A stretch of DNA of 63,900 bases, the filler included, from Bigelowiella natans CCMP2755 (taxonomy: Eukaryota; Protista; Cercozoa), in the NCBI GenBank assembly GCA_000320545.1. It is 7 parts of 7 records of this genome, joined end to end, with 100 filler letters (N's around TTAATTAATTAA, not from the genome) between each part and the next. Parts side by side here need not be neighbours in the genome. Positions count along the whole stretch, not along the records: positions 1 to 31,194 come from ADNK01003390.1; positions 31,295 to 39,382 come from ADNK01001886.1; 5 more parts are not named here. One strand, 5' to 3'. Shown here one piece after another: positions 18,791 to 32,657 of the stretch. The translations under genes were made by a program, and so were the position numbers. Each line of letters begins with the position of its first letter. Position 1 is the first letter of the stretch. Below the pieces are notes generated by a model. It worked only from the letters and a program-made list of their open reading frames with translations, made no database searches and had not been told where the DNA came from.

Positions 18791-19094
18791 AGTGTCCGCT
18801 TCATACGCATCTCCATACAAACAACCACAAAGGACCGTTCATAGTAACCAACGCTAATCTGATACCGCAGAGGCACTCGGTCGACGCACACGAAGTATTC
18901 GCCCCTTTGGATCTCCGTTCTTCCTACTAAGGGGGGGGGATAACTCGGCGGCGACTACAGCTTCGTCCTCATCCGGAGGCCGTCGCTCTTCTGTCCGCCA
19001 TCACCACAGAGAGCGATCCTCGAAGAGTAAGGCCTCGCGCCGAAGCGGAAGCGGCAGCGGCAGCGGCAACAATGCACCCTCATCATCGCCGTCG

Positions 19095-22000
19095 ATGTCG
19101 TCAGTGCAAAAGAACGGCAAAGATCAGCCAAAAACCAACGTCCCAAGTAAGGATGATTGCCCTGGAGGAAAGAAGAGCACCATCGACAAGGCGAAAAAGA
19201 AAAAGAAGAAGAAAGACGGAGAGATTCACTCGCATCGGATTAGAAGACTTCTCACACTTCTGGAGATAGGATCGAGGTGAATTCTTTCGCTCTTCCTCCT
19301 GAGTTGTTTTTCTGACTCATCTGATCACGTTGTCCTCCTCCTCCTCCTCCTCTTCTTCTTCTTCTTCTTCTTCTTCACCACTGTAATGCGAAACCTTTTG
19401 TGTTTTATGGCGGCGCTCACGTAGCCCACAGATTCGACTGAACGCAGCGGTCCAGCTTGGAGGGGTTGTTGATTCTGAAGAAAGGAAGACGAAGGCTACT
19501 GCGCTGTTCGGCTCCATTCTAAAGCACTGCCACAAGCTTCTCCGAAACAAGAACTGGGACACCCGAACAGCAGGCATCTCCCTCAATCCCGATTACAATC
19601 GTTATCCCTCCCCCCCCTCCCCCCCCAAGTCATCCCTCGCTGTTGTTGCCATCATCTGAGTCGAATGCATCCCCGCAGGTGCGGAAGCGATCCAGATCTT
19701 AGTATCTGGCCGGATATTGCGAGGAGGGAGAGACGACAGCAACGTCGGGGAGGGCGGCAGCAGCAGCAGCTCCTCGTCGTATGAAGGCCCCTGGTCCGAG
19801 TTCCCCCCTTGGCTGCTGGGACTCGACGACCTGTCGATTCCGTCGTTGCTGGCTCGAAACCTCTCTCTAGAGCGCCACGCGCTGGACAACGCGCCGGCGC
19901 GGCTCCATTCCACCTCCGAGGAGGGCTCGGTGAAGCGCGTGGCCGAGCAAACCGCGGTCCTCCTCTCGCTAATGCCGTCATCACTGAGCGATTCACCAGC
20001 CGCCCCCGCCCCCTCCTCTCCTTCTGGTTCTCCGTCCTCTGGCTCCGCGCACCACTATCCCTTGGTTGTGCACGGCGTGTCGTCGGCTCTGCACGATATA
20101 TTCCACCCCGACTGGGAGAGGCGGCATGGAGGGGCGCTCGGGCTGAAGGCTTACCTCCGAGCGGTGTCCAGCGCAGAGGCAAAATTAGCGAAGAGGAAGG
20201 AAGGGAAGGCGGGGGACTGCAAGAGGGGGGGAGCGGCTCAAGAGACGGAGGGGCACGTACGAACGCGCGACGGCTCAGAACCCGCCGCGCTGTGGTGTGA
20301 GAGAGCAGCCGCGCGCTGCCTCTGCGTCCTCGCCCTGGAGAGATTCGTCGATCAGGCGGGTGAGAAAGAGACATATATGGCGTGTTTTTAACGAACGTAA
20401 CTGTTGTGACCGTGGATCCAATCGCATTTGCTCGCTTCCCTTTTCGCCGCGGGTTGCGGTGCCTGCCGCCGCCGCCTTCTGCGCCGCCCTACTCACGCTT
20501 TGCTATGGCGGTTAAGGTGACGAATCGGTTCTCCCTATTTGCGAGAGCGTTGCACAAGCTCTTTCGATGACTCTAAGGTTTGTTTCTTCTCCATAACTGT
20601 TAAGAGGGTTGTTTGACGAGGTGCAGCATCATGAGCTGCTGCCATCTCGAAACCGCCATTGCTCTTTGCGACCTCCTGCCTTCCCCCCCCCCCTCCTCCC
20701 GACAGGTTTCTCCCCGCTGCGAAGGTGCGGAGGGTGGCGGATGTGCTGATCGAGATGTCCAGTATGGAGCCTCACGTGACGTCGGAATGGCAAGTTAGGT
20801 GTGTTTGATGCTGTAACTAAAGCCGTGTACAGGATCAATGGAAATCACGACGGCGTTGCGATGACGTGTGACTCGCACAATAGGTATAGCGGTTGGGTCG
20901 GCATCAAATACCTGCTCTCTCTCTTTCCGGAGCACCAGTCGCACATCGTTCCGAGTAATAGAAGGGGAGGAGGAGGAGGAGGAGGAGGAAGGAGAACAAC
21001 TCAATCATTATCATGCCTAGACTATGCCCCTCCCCCCCCACCCACCTCCCCTTATGTGACGACGAAGGAAATTTCAGGAAAGCCACACGAGGCATGCGCG
21101 TCTGACATTCATGCATCCTATTACAGAAATAGTGAATCTTGCTCTGAAGCAGCAAAGGCTAGGTGCTTTCCATGACAGCAGCGAGCCTGTAGGAGGTGGG
21201 TACGTACGACGATATTCTCTGTATTCGGTAGAAACTCGTAGGGGCGACAACTACCACAGTTGCGCGCGCACCAAATGAAAATTGGCTAGCCATGGCATAA
21301 ATCTCCTCCCTTGCAATGCTCTCAGGAAAAGCCGCGGAAGCTTTGCTCTCCGCCATTCCATACATAAAACAGAATGATCCAAAGGTGTCGCGCCGAAAGG
21401 CATTTGAACAAGCCTCGCCAGACACTAGTAGACACACTCACACGATACGCGCCCGCCACCCCCCTCTAGGTGCTCGCTAAGATCGCCAATCGTTTATGGG
21501 AAAAGCTGAGAGTGATAAGGTGGTGGCGGCAGTGTGGAGGGGGGGGGTTGTAGTTCATGCCGTCCGCTGTGTGCGGATAGAAGAAGTAGTAGAAGAAGAA
21601 GAAAGTTTGAAGAAGAAGGAGATTTTTGGTACACAAATGAAACGGCGGCGCTTAGCGTTTTATTGCGTACTTCACGTTGCGAATCGAAGAAGCGCCAATT
21701 GATTGATTCCTGTCCTTTCTAGCATGCAGTTTGTTCTGTCTGTGTTTGGTATGCCTATATGAAGATGATATTTTCGGGTGGTGATGATGACGGTGATGAT
21801 GAAAACATGGTAATTGTGAGTAGTCCTGGTAGCTCTGAGGCTGCAAGCTTCATGGACCTTGTCACAGAATGCGTCGCTGCAAACAACGACAGCAGCAGTA
21901 GCAGCAGTACCTCTGGCCCCCCCTCTCTCTCCTCTGCGAACCTCTCCGCCGACCGGCTGAAGAGGATATTTCCTTTCATGACGCACATCCTCGCATACGT

Positions 22001-22914
22001 CAGGAAGGTATCAAAACGAGGGTTTTTTTAGGGTTGATATGAGGAAGACGAAGGACTTGTTACAGTAGTAGGTCTAGGTGATGCGAGCATGCAATTTCCG
22101 CATTCTCCGTGTGTCATAAGAACGCTATTGAATAGTCTAGTTCCAATCATCCCCCCCCCTTCCCCCCGCAATGACTCCCTTCACGAATTCTTTCATTGTC
22201 GTGATCAGGCTTCGCTGCGGGCCATTCGCGTCCTGTCCTCTCCCCCCTCCAGCTGTGCAGCTGATGTCTCGAGCGACGACTATGCTCACCCGCCCATCTT
22301 CTCATATCTGTAATTTAGAAATGATAACATCTACCAGTAGAGATGAGTTGATGCTGATATATATCGCTCTTTTTCTTTTTCGCTGTCTTTTTCATGCAGT
22401 GTTTCGCGCTCCTCTCTGTTCTCTACTGACCCCCCCCCCCCCCTCTTCCCCCTTGGCTCACACCTTCTCGTTCCATTCTGACAATAACATTCATTTTTGT
22501 ACCTCTGAATCGTACGTAACGACGGCAGCTATCAAATGGCGCTCACGGAGCAAAACGAGAAGATTCGCGACATCGCCATGGAGACTGTAACCGACCTGAC
22601 CCAGCGCACACGGTGTAGTAGCGAAAGAGGAAGCGCCTCTGACGTCAATGGCGGAGGGGGGCAGAGGAAGGGGGCTGGAGCGCCTGGTAGCTACTACTCT
22701 CCTTACTTGAGCAGATTCAACGCGACGAGATGGTCAGTTAGAAGTTTCCCCGGAGTTTCTTCATCGCTGATGATTCAGCGTATTCATAAAGGATTAGAAT
22801 TTTGTTTACAATGTTTTTTGCACTCGAATGACGGCCCCTCGCCTTGCCGTTTCCCTCCCCTTATCGCTCTGTTACTTCTTACTTGTTCTTACTCTGAGCA
22901 GGTTTTCTCTCTAT

Positions 22915-22949
<35 letters not shown>

Positions 22950-23353
22950 CCCCATCTTTCTGCTTCAGGCTCAAAATTGCAGCCATTCCTGACGGGTATC
23001 GCTTGCCCGATCATCTGAATTCGGTAGTAGTGTTTCTCCACACCGGAGTCTTCGATGATGCGCCAAATGGCACTTGCTTGATGCTTGATGGGGGGATGCA
23101 TATGTGCAGGTCTTGAGGGTCACGGATACACGCACAGCGCTGCCGAAGCTGATCGAGGCGACGCCAGCAAACACAGGGACTTTCGAGCCAATTCTATCAC
23201 TTCGCGCACGGTGTTAATAGTCGGCGGATATGGGCGCCTTTTGTGGCCGAATTAGGGGAGGAAGGGGGGAGAGCGCTTTGGACGATGCGCTGCCGCTGTC
23301 TGATGATGATGATAGGGATGATAGTGATGATAACAATGATGTGTTTGGATTTC

Positions 23354-23384
<31 letters not shown>

Positions 23385-23691
23385 GAGGGACGGATGGCGA
23401 TAGAGAGGCGTTGAGAGTGTGTTTGGTCAAATGAAAAGAGGACGAATCGATTGATTCTTCGATGTGCTTCAAGGCTCGATAGCGTGAAAGTCGTAGCGAG
23501 CATGATTGCGACAGGCCTACCTGCCATGACAGCAGCCTCTAGGAAGATCCCCGAGTGGGTGGGAGATATGGTGTTGGAGCTGATGAGGGACTCCAACGGA
23601 GGACAGGGCGGGGGAGAAGGAGGAACACGAAAAGGGAATGCCGCGGCTGGGCACTCAGGCTATCGATTTGTAAGTACATTCATTATATTCG

Positions 23692-23732
<41 letters not shown>

Positions 23733-24192
23733 GCAAACATGCATGCATACACACAGCGTACGCATATAATACATGTAAATGTGTGCGTGTGTGTTTCGCA
23801 TGTGGGTTGTTGATTTGTTCTTCTCTCCAGGGTCTTGCAAGCGAGTTGATACGGCAGTTTCTAGCCTCCTTTGGCCACTCGGATCGAAGCGCATGGCCAA
23901 CAGAGATTTGGTAGAAAAATAGGGAAAAAATTAAGATCTTGCTAATTATCAACCACCGCCCGCTTTAGCAGCAAATTGCCTTGGGGGAGGGCGGTGTGGC
24001 GAAGAGATAATGTACTTTGCGTATGAATGTAGGTGGATGATTCGCTCGGAATCGGAGAAGCCTCTCCCACATAGGCTGGATGATAGGGAGATGTATATAG
24101 GGTTCGTTCGAAGAAGCAGTAGCAGCAGCACCATTCTCACCATGACCATGATCGCGCATAAATACACATTTCGCACCTCGTTGTATGCATGC

Positions 24193-24230
<38 letters not shown>

Positions 24231-25974
24231 GGAGGGGGTAGGGGGGGCGCGGGAGATTGGTTTCTGCTCCTTGAAAGCACACTTTGCACACTTGAGTCAT
24301 CCGGCATCTATCACAAGTCGATTGTTACTATGGAAGATCCCAACTGTCGCACCAGCTCATTATCGCGTATCCCATCATTTCGTGCTTCTTCTTACTACGA
24401 ATACTCTTACTGCCACTACGGCTGCTGCTACTATCAGGAGGGTACTATCGTCTTCGTTGGCGTGCAGTTATGCCTGTGGGAGCAAACACGACTCGGGTGC
24501 GTATGAGAGAAGGGGGGGGGGGGGAGGAGGGGGGGAGGTGACTTTAGATTCGCGTATTATTATTATTGATTGGAGGGGAAATACGCGCGAATAACTAATT
24601 CGAAAGGAAGGCATTACTAACGCTGATGCTTGTTCTCCATAGAAATATTGTTTGCAACGCTAGAGGAAGATAAAGGTTGATTGATGGGAGAAAGTTATTT
24701 GCCCCCCCTCCCCCTCCCCTTCCTGCCCTTGCATTCTCGCAAACACACCGCAACTGCCATGATGTTTGAGAAGCATTCGTATGAACAATACTTGAAAACA
24801 ACACAAACAACAATAGACGAAGCTTTGAGAGAGATCGTGGCCTCTTCTATCGCTCATAATCTCAAGGTACATCGATGCAATGTTATCGATTCGCGTGTAT
24901 TTTAGATCAAACTATGGGGATATATTTGAAGTAAGTATGATGCGATGAGATGTCAACTCCTTCTCGATGTCAACTCTCCTTCTCGTTTGAAATCTGTGAT
25001 GTCAACCATTATCGCCGCCCCCTCCCCTCCGTCTCCCCTCTTTTCCATCCCACAGGCCACATGTCACTTAGCACCATTGTCACCATCATCACCATCGTCA
25101 TCGCCGCCTCCATCACTCTCGCTTGAGATACAGCAAAGGCTGAAGCACATGGTTTCTGCGAGGTAGTATCAATATAATTCCGCCGTTGTCCAAATCGGTA
25201 GAGCTTATTCTCACACCATATTACAAAGACTGCACTTCGAGAGCAGAAATGATGACGCAAGCGAGGAGTCGAGGCAAACATCGTCAAAAGACATGGATAA
25301 AAGGCCCGGAAAAAGCAGCTCGAAATTGAAGAAAACGACCGAGCCCAGTGACGATGATTCATCGTCTCCGGTATGATTCTAGGCTGCCTCAAACCCCGCA
25401 TGGCGTTTGCGAAATCAAAATGCCTTTTTAATGCTGCTACTGCGGAATGATAAACAGGACGACGATGCACTGGACAATGAAAGCCGAGCTCATGAAGAGA
25501 CGGTATATAGAGGAAAGACGCAGCTCTGTGCAGCGTAGGCGTGTTTGTTGATCGTTGATACATGGCCGCTTTGGTTTCAACGACATGACTACTCGGTTTT
25601 CGCGCGTTGTGCTTATTGCCTTCCTTCGATGCGTTTGGCCTTCTTCTCTTTTCAGTTTGAGGCGGAAAGGATGAATAGGACATACGATGGGTTGACTTGT
25701 TCTTCTTCTTTTTCCTTTATTTTTCCTTCATACGCGCGCTTTGATTCACTCTCTCTCCCCCCCCTCCCCCCCCTCCTCTCCGTTCCTCCTCGTTTCTGCT
25801 CATATAGTGTGAAAAGGAGTTATAGCCTCAGCATTGTAAAATTCGAGTTTGTTTTCTCACTAGCGTGGTCTTGATTACTGTCAGAGCGGTAGCTGTCATG
25901 AGGAAGTGTGGGGAGCTCTTCTCTCGAGATTATGAAGATTTGGTGATGATGCGGACGCCTTGATTTCATGTTAA

Positions 25975-26005
<31 letters not shown>

Positions 26006-27474
26006 GTATATATTAAGTTTCAAGGATACTAAGGGGTAAATTGTCAAAAATAAACGTGTACATGCTTGATTGCACCGAAGTTTTCCCGGCATTGCCTACC
26101 TATGAAATTCGCTTTCGACTGTTCCTTGTCGGGGGCAGTGATAGTTCCTTGCGATGGAAAATTGGAGGAAATATGGCCCCTTCAAAAGAAGCACAATGCT
26201 GACAAGCATCTTTTTCCCTACAGCTGAGCAAGTTGGAGCTGGTTAAAGACTCTCTTAACACACTTCAGCGAGAGATGGACACTGACACTGCTGATACAGC
26301 GCTATACAATCAAGCACAACGGCCCAGCAGCAGCAGCACAAGGCGTTCTTACGATGCCGAAGCCATTTACTTTGGCCTTGTGGTTTTGGAGACGTTTTCC
26401 TCGGGTAAGAATAGAATAGCATTCGCTCTCCCAGTTTCACTAAACGTGCGAATGTTTTTTAACATGGCACCTATCGCGGTCCTGGGTCGCGGGGCGGTGA
26501 CACAGAGTGCTCAGAGGAGCTCCTCCACGCGCATCTTGGAGCAGTCCTCAAGAGCGCAACGAACGTATTCAATCATCATAGTCATCTTCATTATCATCGT
26601 CGTCGTCATCGTCGTCATTGCCGTCATCATCTTTCCGCCGTACCAGTAGCTTGCACAGCAGGAGTTAGAGATTAGGGGGGGACAAGGGGGAGGGGGGGGC
26701 ACAACCAATGAGTTACGGCAGCACAGGCCGTCACTTCCTATTCGTTTTAAAAAAAGCTGATGCTGTTCTCAGGGGGAACTTCCGGACTGTATTCGAACGA
26801 TTGCAGCTTCGGTATACTCGAATATCGTCGTGAGAGTGCCAGGTAGTGGTTGATAGTGTGCTGGTAGTAGCGGCGGCAGCAGCAGCAGCACGTTAGTATA
26901 TTTTTTTCCTGGGGCCTGTACATCTGGCCTTTCGTCGATTGCGGAGATGTCACGTGTAATGCTGAGCGGGGATAGGGCTCGGTCGCTTGCCTCTCCTAGG
27001 ATGGCGGCGATGATGCTGATGCTGACGATGATGATTTGATTATGATGGTGGTGATGATGATGATGATGATTTGATTATGATGATGATGCTGATGTTGATA
27101 AACGCCATTCGTTGCGCTTCTTTCTCCATTTCATGTTCTCTCGCAAGGAAAACGGAAGATAGAGGCTGACTCTGCGTATGACGCCCGTCCCCCCCCCCCC
27201 GGCTTGTAGCCTAACCGTTTATGTTTGCATGTAGGTGTTGCTCTGAACACTCTGGCACAGCAAATGCCAAAGGTCCTGGCGAGTAGCTGTATCACTGTCC
27301 TTTGTATATTGCATCTATTCTTGGCGCGTGGGTGTTTATAGTTAACAATAGATCTTACCGAAAGGAGTTTGTGGGGGGGGGTCGGTCGCATCAGCGCATG
27401 GATCGATGTGTACTCCTGCCTCGACAAGTCGTTGCTAAACCACCGTCCTCTCCTTTGCTGTTTTGCAATGCCAA

Positions 27475-27517
<43 letters not shown>

Positions 27518-28408
27518 CTCTCTGTGGAGATAATGCCATATATTCCTGACATGCCGTCGCGTCCTACCTGCTGCTACTATGATGCCGCTGCTGCTGCACA
27601 GATCATGCAAAAGGACAGTGTTCGTTTTGGGAAAGAGAAGGTTGGGGTCTTGAAGCTAGTTGGCGAGGCAGCAAACCGGACGAAGTCGGCACTCATTCCA
27701 TATTCAGGTGATTGTTTTCTTGCCGTGATCGGATTACATGCTACCTTTCATCTCTCAAATTTCCCTCCCTACACCGCTGCATAGCACCCATGATGGCTCT
27801 TCGTCTTGCAGCGGATGCTATCCAATGCCATTCAATGCCAGCCCTCTCACTGCGGGGAGTGGTGGAAGCTGCTTTGTCTCCATTTCCTTTCATCGCCAGC
27901 GTCGCTGTCGCAGTCTCTCTTTCTAGTATTTGTGAAGTTGTGTGTTTATCATCAATCGGTAGGAATATTGACACTTCCAGTCTTGGCAGCCATGGCAGAC
28001 CAATCGAAGGTAGCGGAGGCGGAAGAACATATTTTCTTTATCTTAGCACAGATTCAGCTAGCTGATGCGATGATGTCACGCGTCGGTTGAGAAGATGCTA
28101 CATATAACTGCATGCTTGCAGCTATGGTTGAATGAATGATGCCGTAGGGGGAAATGCATTGAAGAAACCTCTTCTTCACTCACATTCTCACGTTGTTTAT
28201 GCCGTTGGCCGGCTGTGTGGTTTTATATATTCTTGCTTGATTTTTGGAGATGGTAAGAGAAGAGGCTTCGAGAGCTTTTGCTGCTCTAGTACACATTCTT
28301 CCTTTGGAGCCCGGTAGTTGCATGTACATCGCTCCCTCGCACATGCGTTTTATCTTAATAATTTTCAATTACTCTATCCCTCGCTTCTTCTTCTCTTCTC
28401 TCGCCTTC

Positions 28409-28451
<43 letters not shown>

Positions 28452-28887
28452 ACTCTCTTACTCTCTCTTACTCTCTCTCTGTCTGTCTGCCTCTGCGTGT
28501 GTGTGTGTGTGTGTGCGCGCGCCTCTCCCCCTCTCATACGCTTGAGTCGTTCGGCTCTGCATTTCCCCTACCAGATCCTCAATTAGCTGCACGTTTAACC
28601 GATTTACAGATGCGCCTAACCCACCATTTATGTCGCACGAGCTTGCTGCGAAGCGAGTAGAGGCTAAGGAATTTGTCCGGCAGCTCTTAGAGGGGTCATT
28701 CACATGTCACGCATGAGATTTGGATCGGACGAAGAGAGAGGGGGAAGGAAGGGGGGGGGTGGGGAGCGGAGAGGGGATCTGTTGCTTTATTATCGCTGCA
28801 AGCCTAGTAAAGGCGATTTTTTGTAAAGTAACCACTTCACCTATCCATGGACTATGATTTGCGTTGTTTTGGGGTAGCGATCATATT

Positions 28888-28926
<39 letters not shown>

Positions 28927-29027
28927 TCGTGCTGAAACAGAGCGAGAGCAGAGGAGCAAACGATACCTGTGCAGCCCGAGGGTGTCAAGCTACGGTGTTT
29001 TTACGCATTAACAATTAATTATGTATA

Positions 29028-29069
<42 letters not shown>

Positions 29070-31167
29070 GAAATATGAAACGTCCCCCCTTTCCCCGCTC
29101 CCCCCCTCTGTTTTCTAACTTCCGTATTCTCTGCTCATTCAGCCGATATCAGTTTGAGGGGGTGTCTTGGCTTCTGTTTCTCAAAGTACTGCCTTCTGAC
29201 GGCACTATCAGCAAATAACAACAAAATATCATTGAGCAGTTTGTTGCAGCACGGACTTACGAAGTCTCCGGTTGTTAGCGGGAGGAGGCTGCCTTTTTTT
29301 TTTTTTTTTAAATATGGTTTTCGATTCGTGCCGTCATTCATCGAGCCTTTGCTCATTGCCTTTTCTCCGCCGGCGCTGTTAGAAATTCGGTCTCCATGGA
29401 GCTCTCTGTGACGACATGGGCTTGGGGAAGACGCTACAGGTACATCGCGAACTCTCATTTGCTGCATTTTTGTGCTGCCTTCATCAGAATTTTCGAATTA
29501 TCTTCTATCTCCTCCCCCCCCCCCCCCACTCCCTTTCTCTATGGCAGGCGGCGTGCGTCTTAGCCGCGTACAAAGCAGAGATGGCGGGGCGAGAGGGCCG
29601 ATTAGGAGCAGCTATGAACTCGACGGCTGGTGTTTCTAAGAGTGTGTCATCGAGTGAATCTTCATCACTGCTGCCACGAGGAAAGCAGCTGCCTTCGCTC
29701 ATCCTCTGCCCCCCTTCCTTGGTAATTTGCCATAGTTGATTGTGAGGGGAGGATGGTGAAAAGATGGGGACATGGGATGTAGTTACGGACGCTGAGTGTG
29801 TTTTTTTGGAGAAGCAAGCCGATGGAGGTGAAGGGGGAGTCTTTGGACGCGGACCCATGTTTTGTCTGCGCATGTGTGTACGTGTGCGTATATGTGCGCG
29901 TGTACGTGTAGCTTTGGCGAGGTGGGGAGGAGAGGGCAGGATCGAAGGACACTCTTTTTAATTAGATTTTGACCAGAGCTTCTCAGACATGCATTGTATT
30001 TCAAACGCAACATATCCGAAGGTATTCAACTGGATGATGGAGATTCGTCGCTTCTTCCCCGGCCTCGCGTATGTGGCGTCATGAGACGATATTGATATCT
30101 GAGAGTATTGAGCAGGGAAAGAGGAGAGCAGTCGCAGTAGTTCTTAGCGATTATGCAAATGCGGTAGTGTGTCGCTGCAGTGAAAAGGAGGCAAAGGAGG
30201 AGCCGGCGGGGGGGGGAGATTGCTGCTGTATTTTAGAAGTTGCTGACAGATCTACACGTACGGATTTATAGTGACAAACCCTATGTGATCTTACAGAATA
30301 TCCGCTTACTCCTCGACCGACCGTGTAGCACTGAGGAAGGATGCAAAGGCAAAAAAAAGATATATGATAATTATAAACATGCGACGTGAGCAGACCGACT
30401 TTGTTTCGTCAAAAGCTGACACCGGCATGATTTGAAGCCTCAGATGCTCCAACGTGCACGATGCTGTTTAGCTTCCTTTCGATCTTCTTCCTTGCTATTC
30501 TTTGCTACGCGTTTACGATACGCCGGCCTCGTTCTCTCCTCATCACCATTGTTCTTTAACAGAGCCTCGAGAAAACGGATGCGCTGATAATGAGCTACCA
30601 AACGTACCTCGCGGAAAATCAAGCTCTGAAAGTAAAAAGCACTGTTACTCACACGCAAACACACACAGGGAGGGAGGGAGAGAGAGAGAGAAAGAGAGAG
30701 AGAGAGAAAATGGCTCTTGAAGAGATTTCTCAACCTCGCCTTTTGCTCCACTTGGCTAGGATATCGCCTGGGGGTATTGCATTCTGGACGAGGGCCACGT
30801 GATTCGTAATGCAAAGACGAAGCTGTCAAAAGCTGTCGCGAGGTGAGCCTAACCTCGCAGATCGCGCACGTGCGTGTACCGAGAACTTCTGAAGAAAAGC
30901 GACCGAGATCTTTTACTGATTCTGCTGCTGCTGCTGCTGCTGCTTGTTGTCGCTTTGCGATCCTATCCCCCCCCCCCCTCCCCCCCCCGCCACCGCCCCC
31001 GCCCCCGCGCGTCAGCATTCGCGCCCGGCACCGCCTGATGCTGAGCGGGACCCCCGTCCACAACTCAGCGGTGGAGCTCTATACGATTTTCAACTTCCTC
31101 ATGCCGGGCTATCTGGGAGACGCAGCGCACTTCCGGAGGCACTTCGAGAACCCGATCCGGAGAGCGG
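19095..31167 (+). CDS. BTAF1: TBP-associated SNF2 ATPase BTAF1/Mot1, 3'-truncated by the contig end
   Basis: N-terminal RIRRLLTLLEIGSSPQIRLNAAVQLG...LLRNKNWDTR; HEAT motifs DIFHPDWERRHGGALGL, CLCVLALERFVD, GWVGIKYL, RIFPFMTHILAYVRKASL; ATPase motifs [91 protein letters not shown]. The C-terminal helicase lobe is missing at the gap. Confidence 0.93.
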
Positions 31168-31194
31168 GTATGGTGTGTATTTGTAGTCTTTATG

Positions 31195-31294
31195 NNNNNN
31201 NNNNNNNNNNNNNNNNNNNNNNNNNNNNNNNNNNNNNNTTAATTAATTAANNNNNNNNNNNNNNNNNNNNNNNNNNNNNNNNNNNNNNNNNNNN
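31195..31294. other. Artificial contig spacer
   Basis: 44 N + TTAATTAATTAA (stops in all six frames) + 44 N. Confidence 0.98.
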
Positions 31295-31509
31295 AAAAAA
31301 AGCAAAAAAAGAATAGAGAAAAGAAAAAAAAATACAACTATCAACCACATAATATTATACACCAATGCTATGAGGAAGAAAAAAATAATATAAAAAAAAA
31401 ACTATGACAAAACTCCAAGCAGAATAAAATTTTTTCCCAACTCCAAATTTTGTCAAACGAAAAAAAAAAAAAAAAATATTTATTTTTACTCTCCCCCCCC
31501 CCAAACCCA

Positions 31510-31548
<39 letters not shown>

Positions 31549-31550
31549 AC

Positions 31551-32617
31551 CTGGTTGAGGAAGAGGATAGTACAATTAGATTTGGCAGCTATCGGTGTAA
31601 TCTTCCGTAGAGCATGGCTCATGAGCCTTGCCTGTGCTCCGACAGTTACCGTGCCCATCTCCCCCTCTAAAGTATTGAGTGAACGAGAGATTATATGGTA
31701 TGATGATGATGATGATGATGATGATGACGATGATGACGACAACAACAACGACGAAAATAACGGCAACAGCCATAGAGATCAAAGCAAAATCAATGTTGAT
31801 TGACAGAGGGCGAACAGATGGATGAACAACGCAGTTACCACTACCACTACCACTACTACTACTACTACTACTCCTCCTTCTCCTTATTACTACTATTTTG
31901 TACTACTTACAGTACCTATCTCGACCCTCGGCGCTAAAGCAGCAACAGAGTCGACCGCAATCAAATCAACAGCACCAGAACGCACAAGGGAATCCGCCAC
32001 CTGATGATGCACAAGAACAATGAACTGGTCATACCCAATCTATCGAACACAAACAAAAAAGTAATCGGGGAGGAGGGAGGGAAGAGGTGAAGATCAGGCC
32101 TCTATATTAGCTACATTAGCTACATCTTGGCACCAAAACCACATCGACGGACTGCTACGTGTGTGCGCCCTTCCTACATTCTGTTTACGTCTGTACGTGC
32201 AAGCACCACCTCGAGAGCCATTTCACCGCTATCAGGCTGGCAGAGAATGAGGTTCGAAACATCGACGCCTATGATGGTGGTGGAGGTGATGAAGGTAATG
32301 ATAGTTGATGATGAAGAAAATGATGGTGGTGGTGGTGGTGGTGGTGGTGGAGTAGCGATGCGTTAGGCAAGGATATTAACGATATAGGAGAAATTGACTG
32401 CTAAACACTTGTGTGTGTGTGTGTGTATCAATGGAGTAATACACTACCTAGCTTGCGAGCATATTCGGCATCAAAAGCGTGTTCAGCATCAATTAGAGCT
32501 GCAACCCCACCCCCACGCTGCACCTCAGCCATCGCGTGCAAGGCTACGGTAGTTTTGCCGCTACTTTCTGGGCCGTATATTTCTACTATCCGCCCCTAAC
32601 AAAAAGAGTAGAAGAGG

Positions 32618-32657
<40 letters not shown>

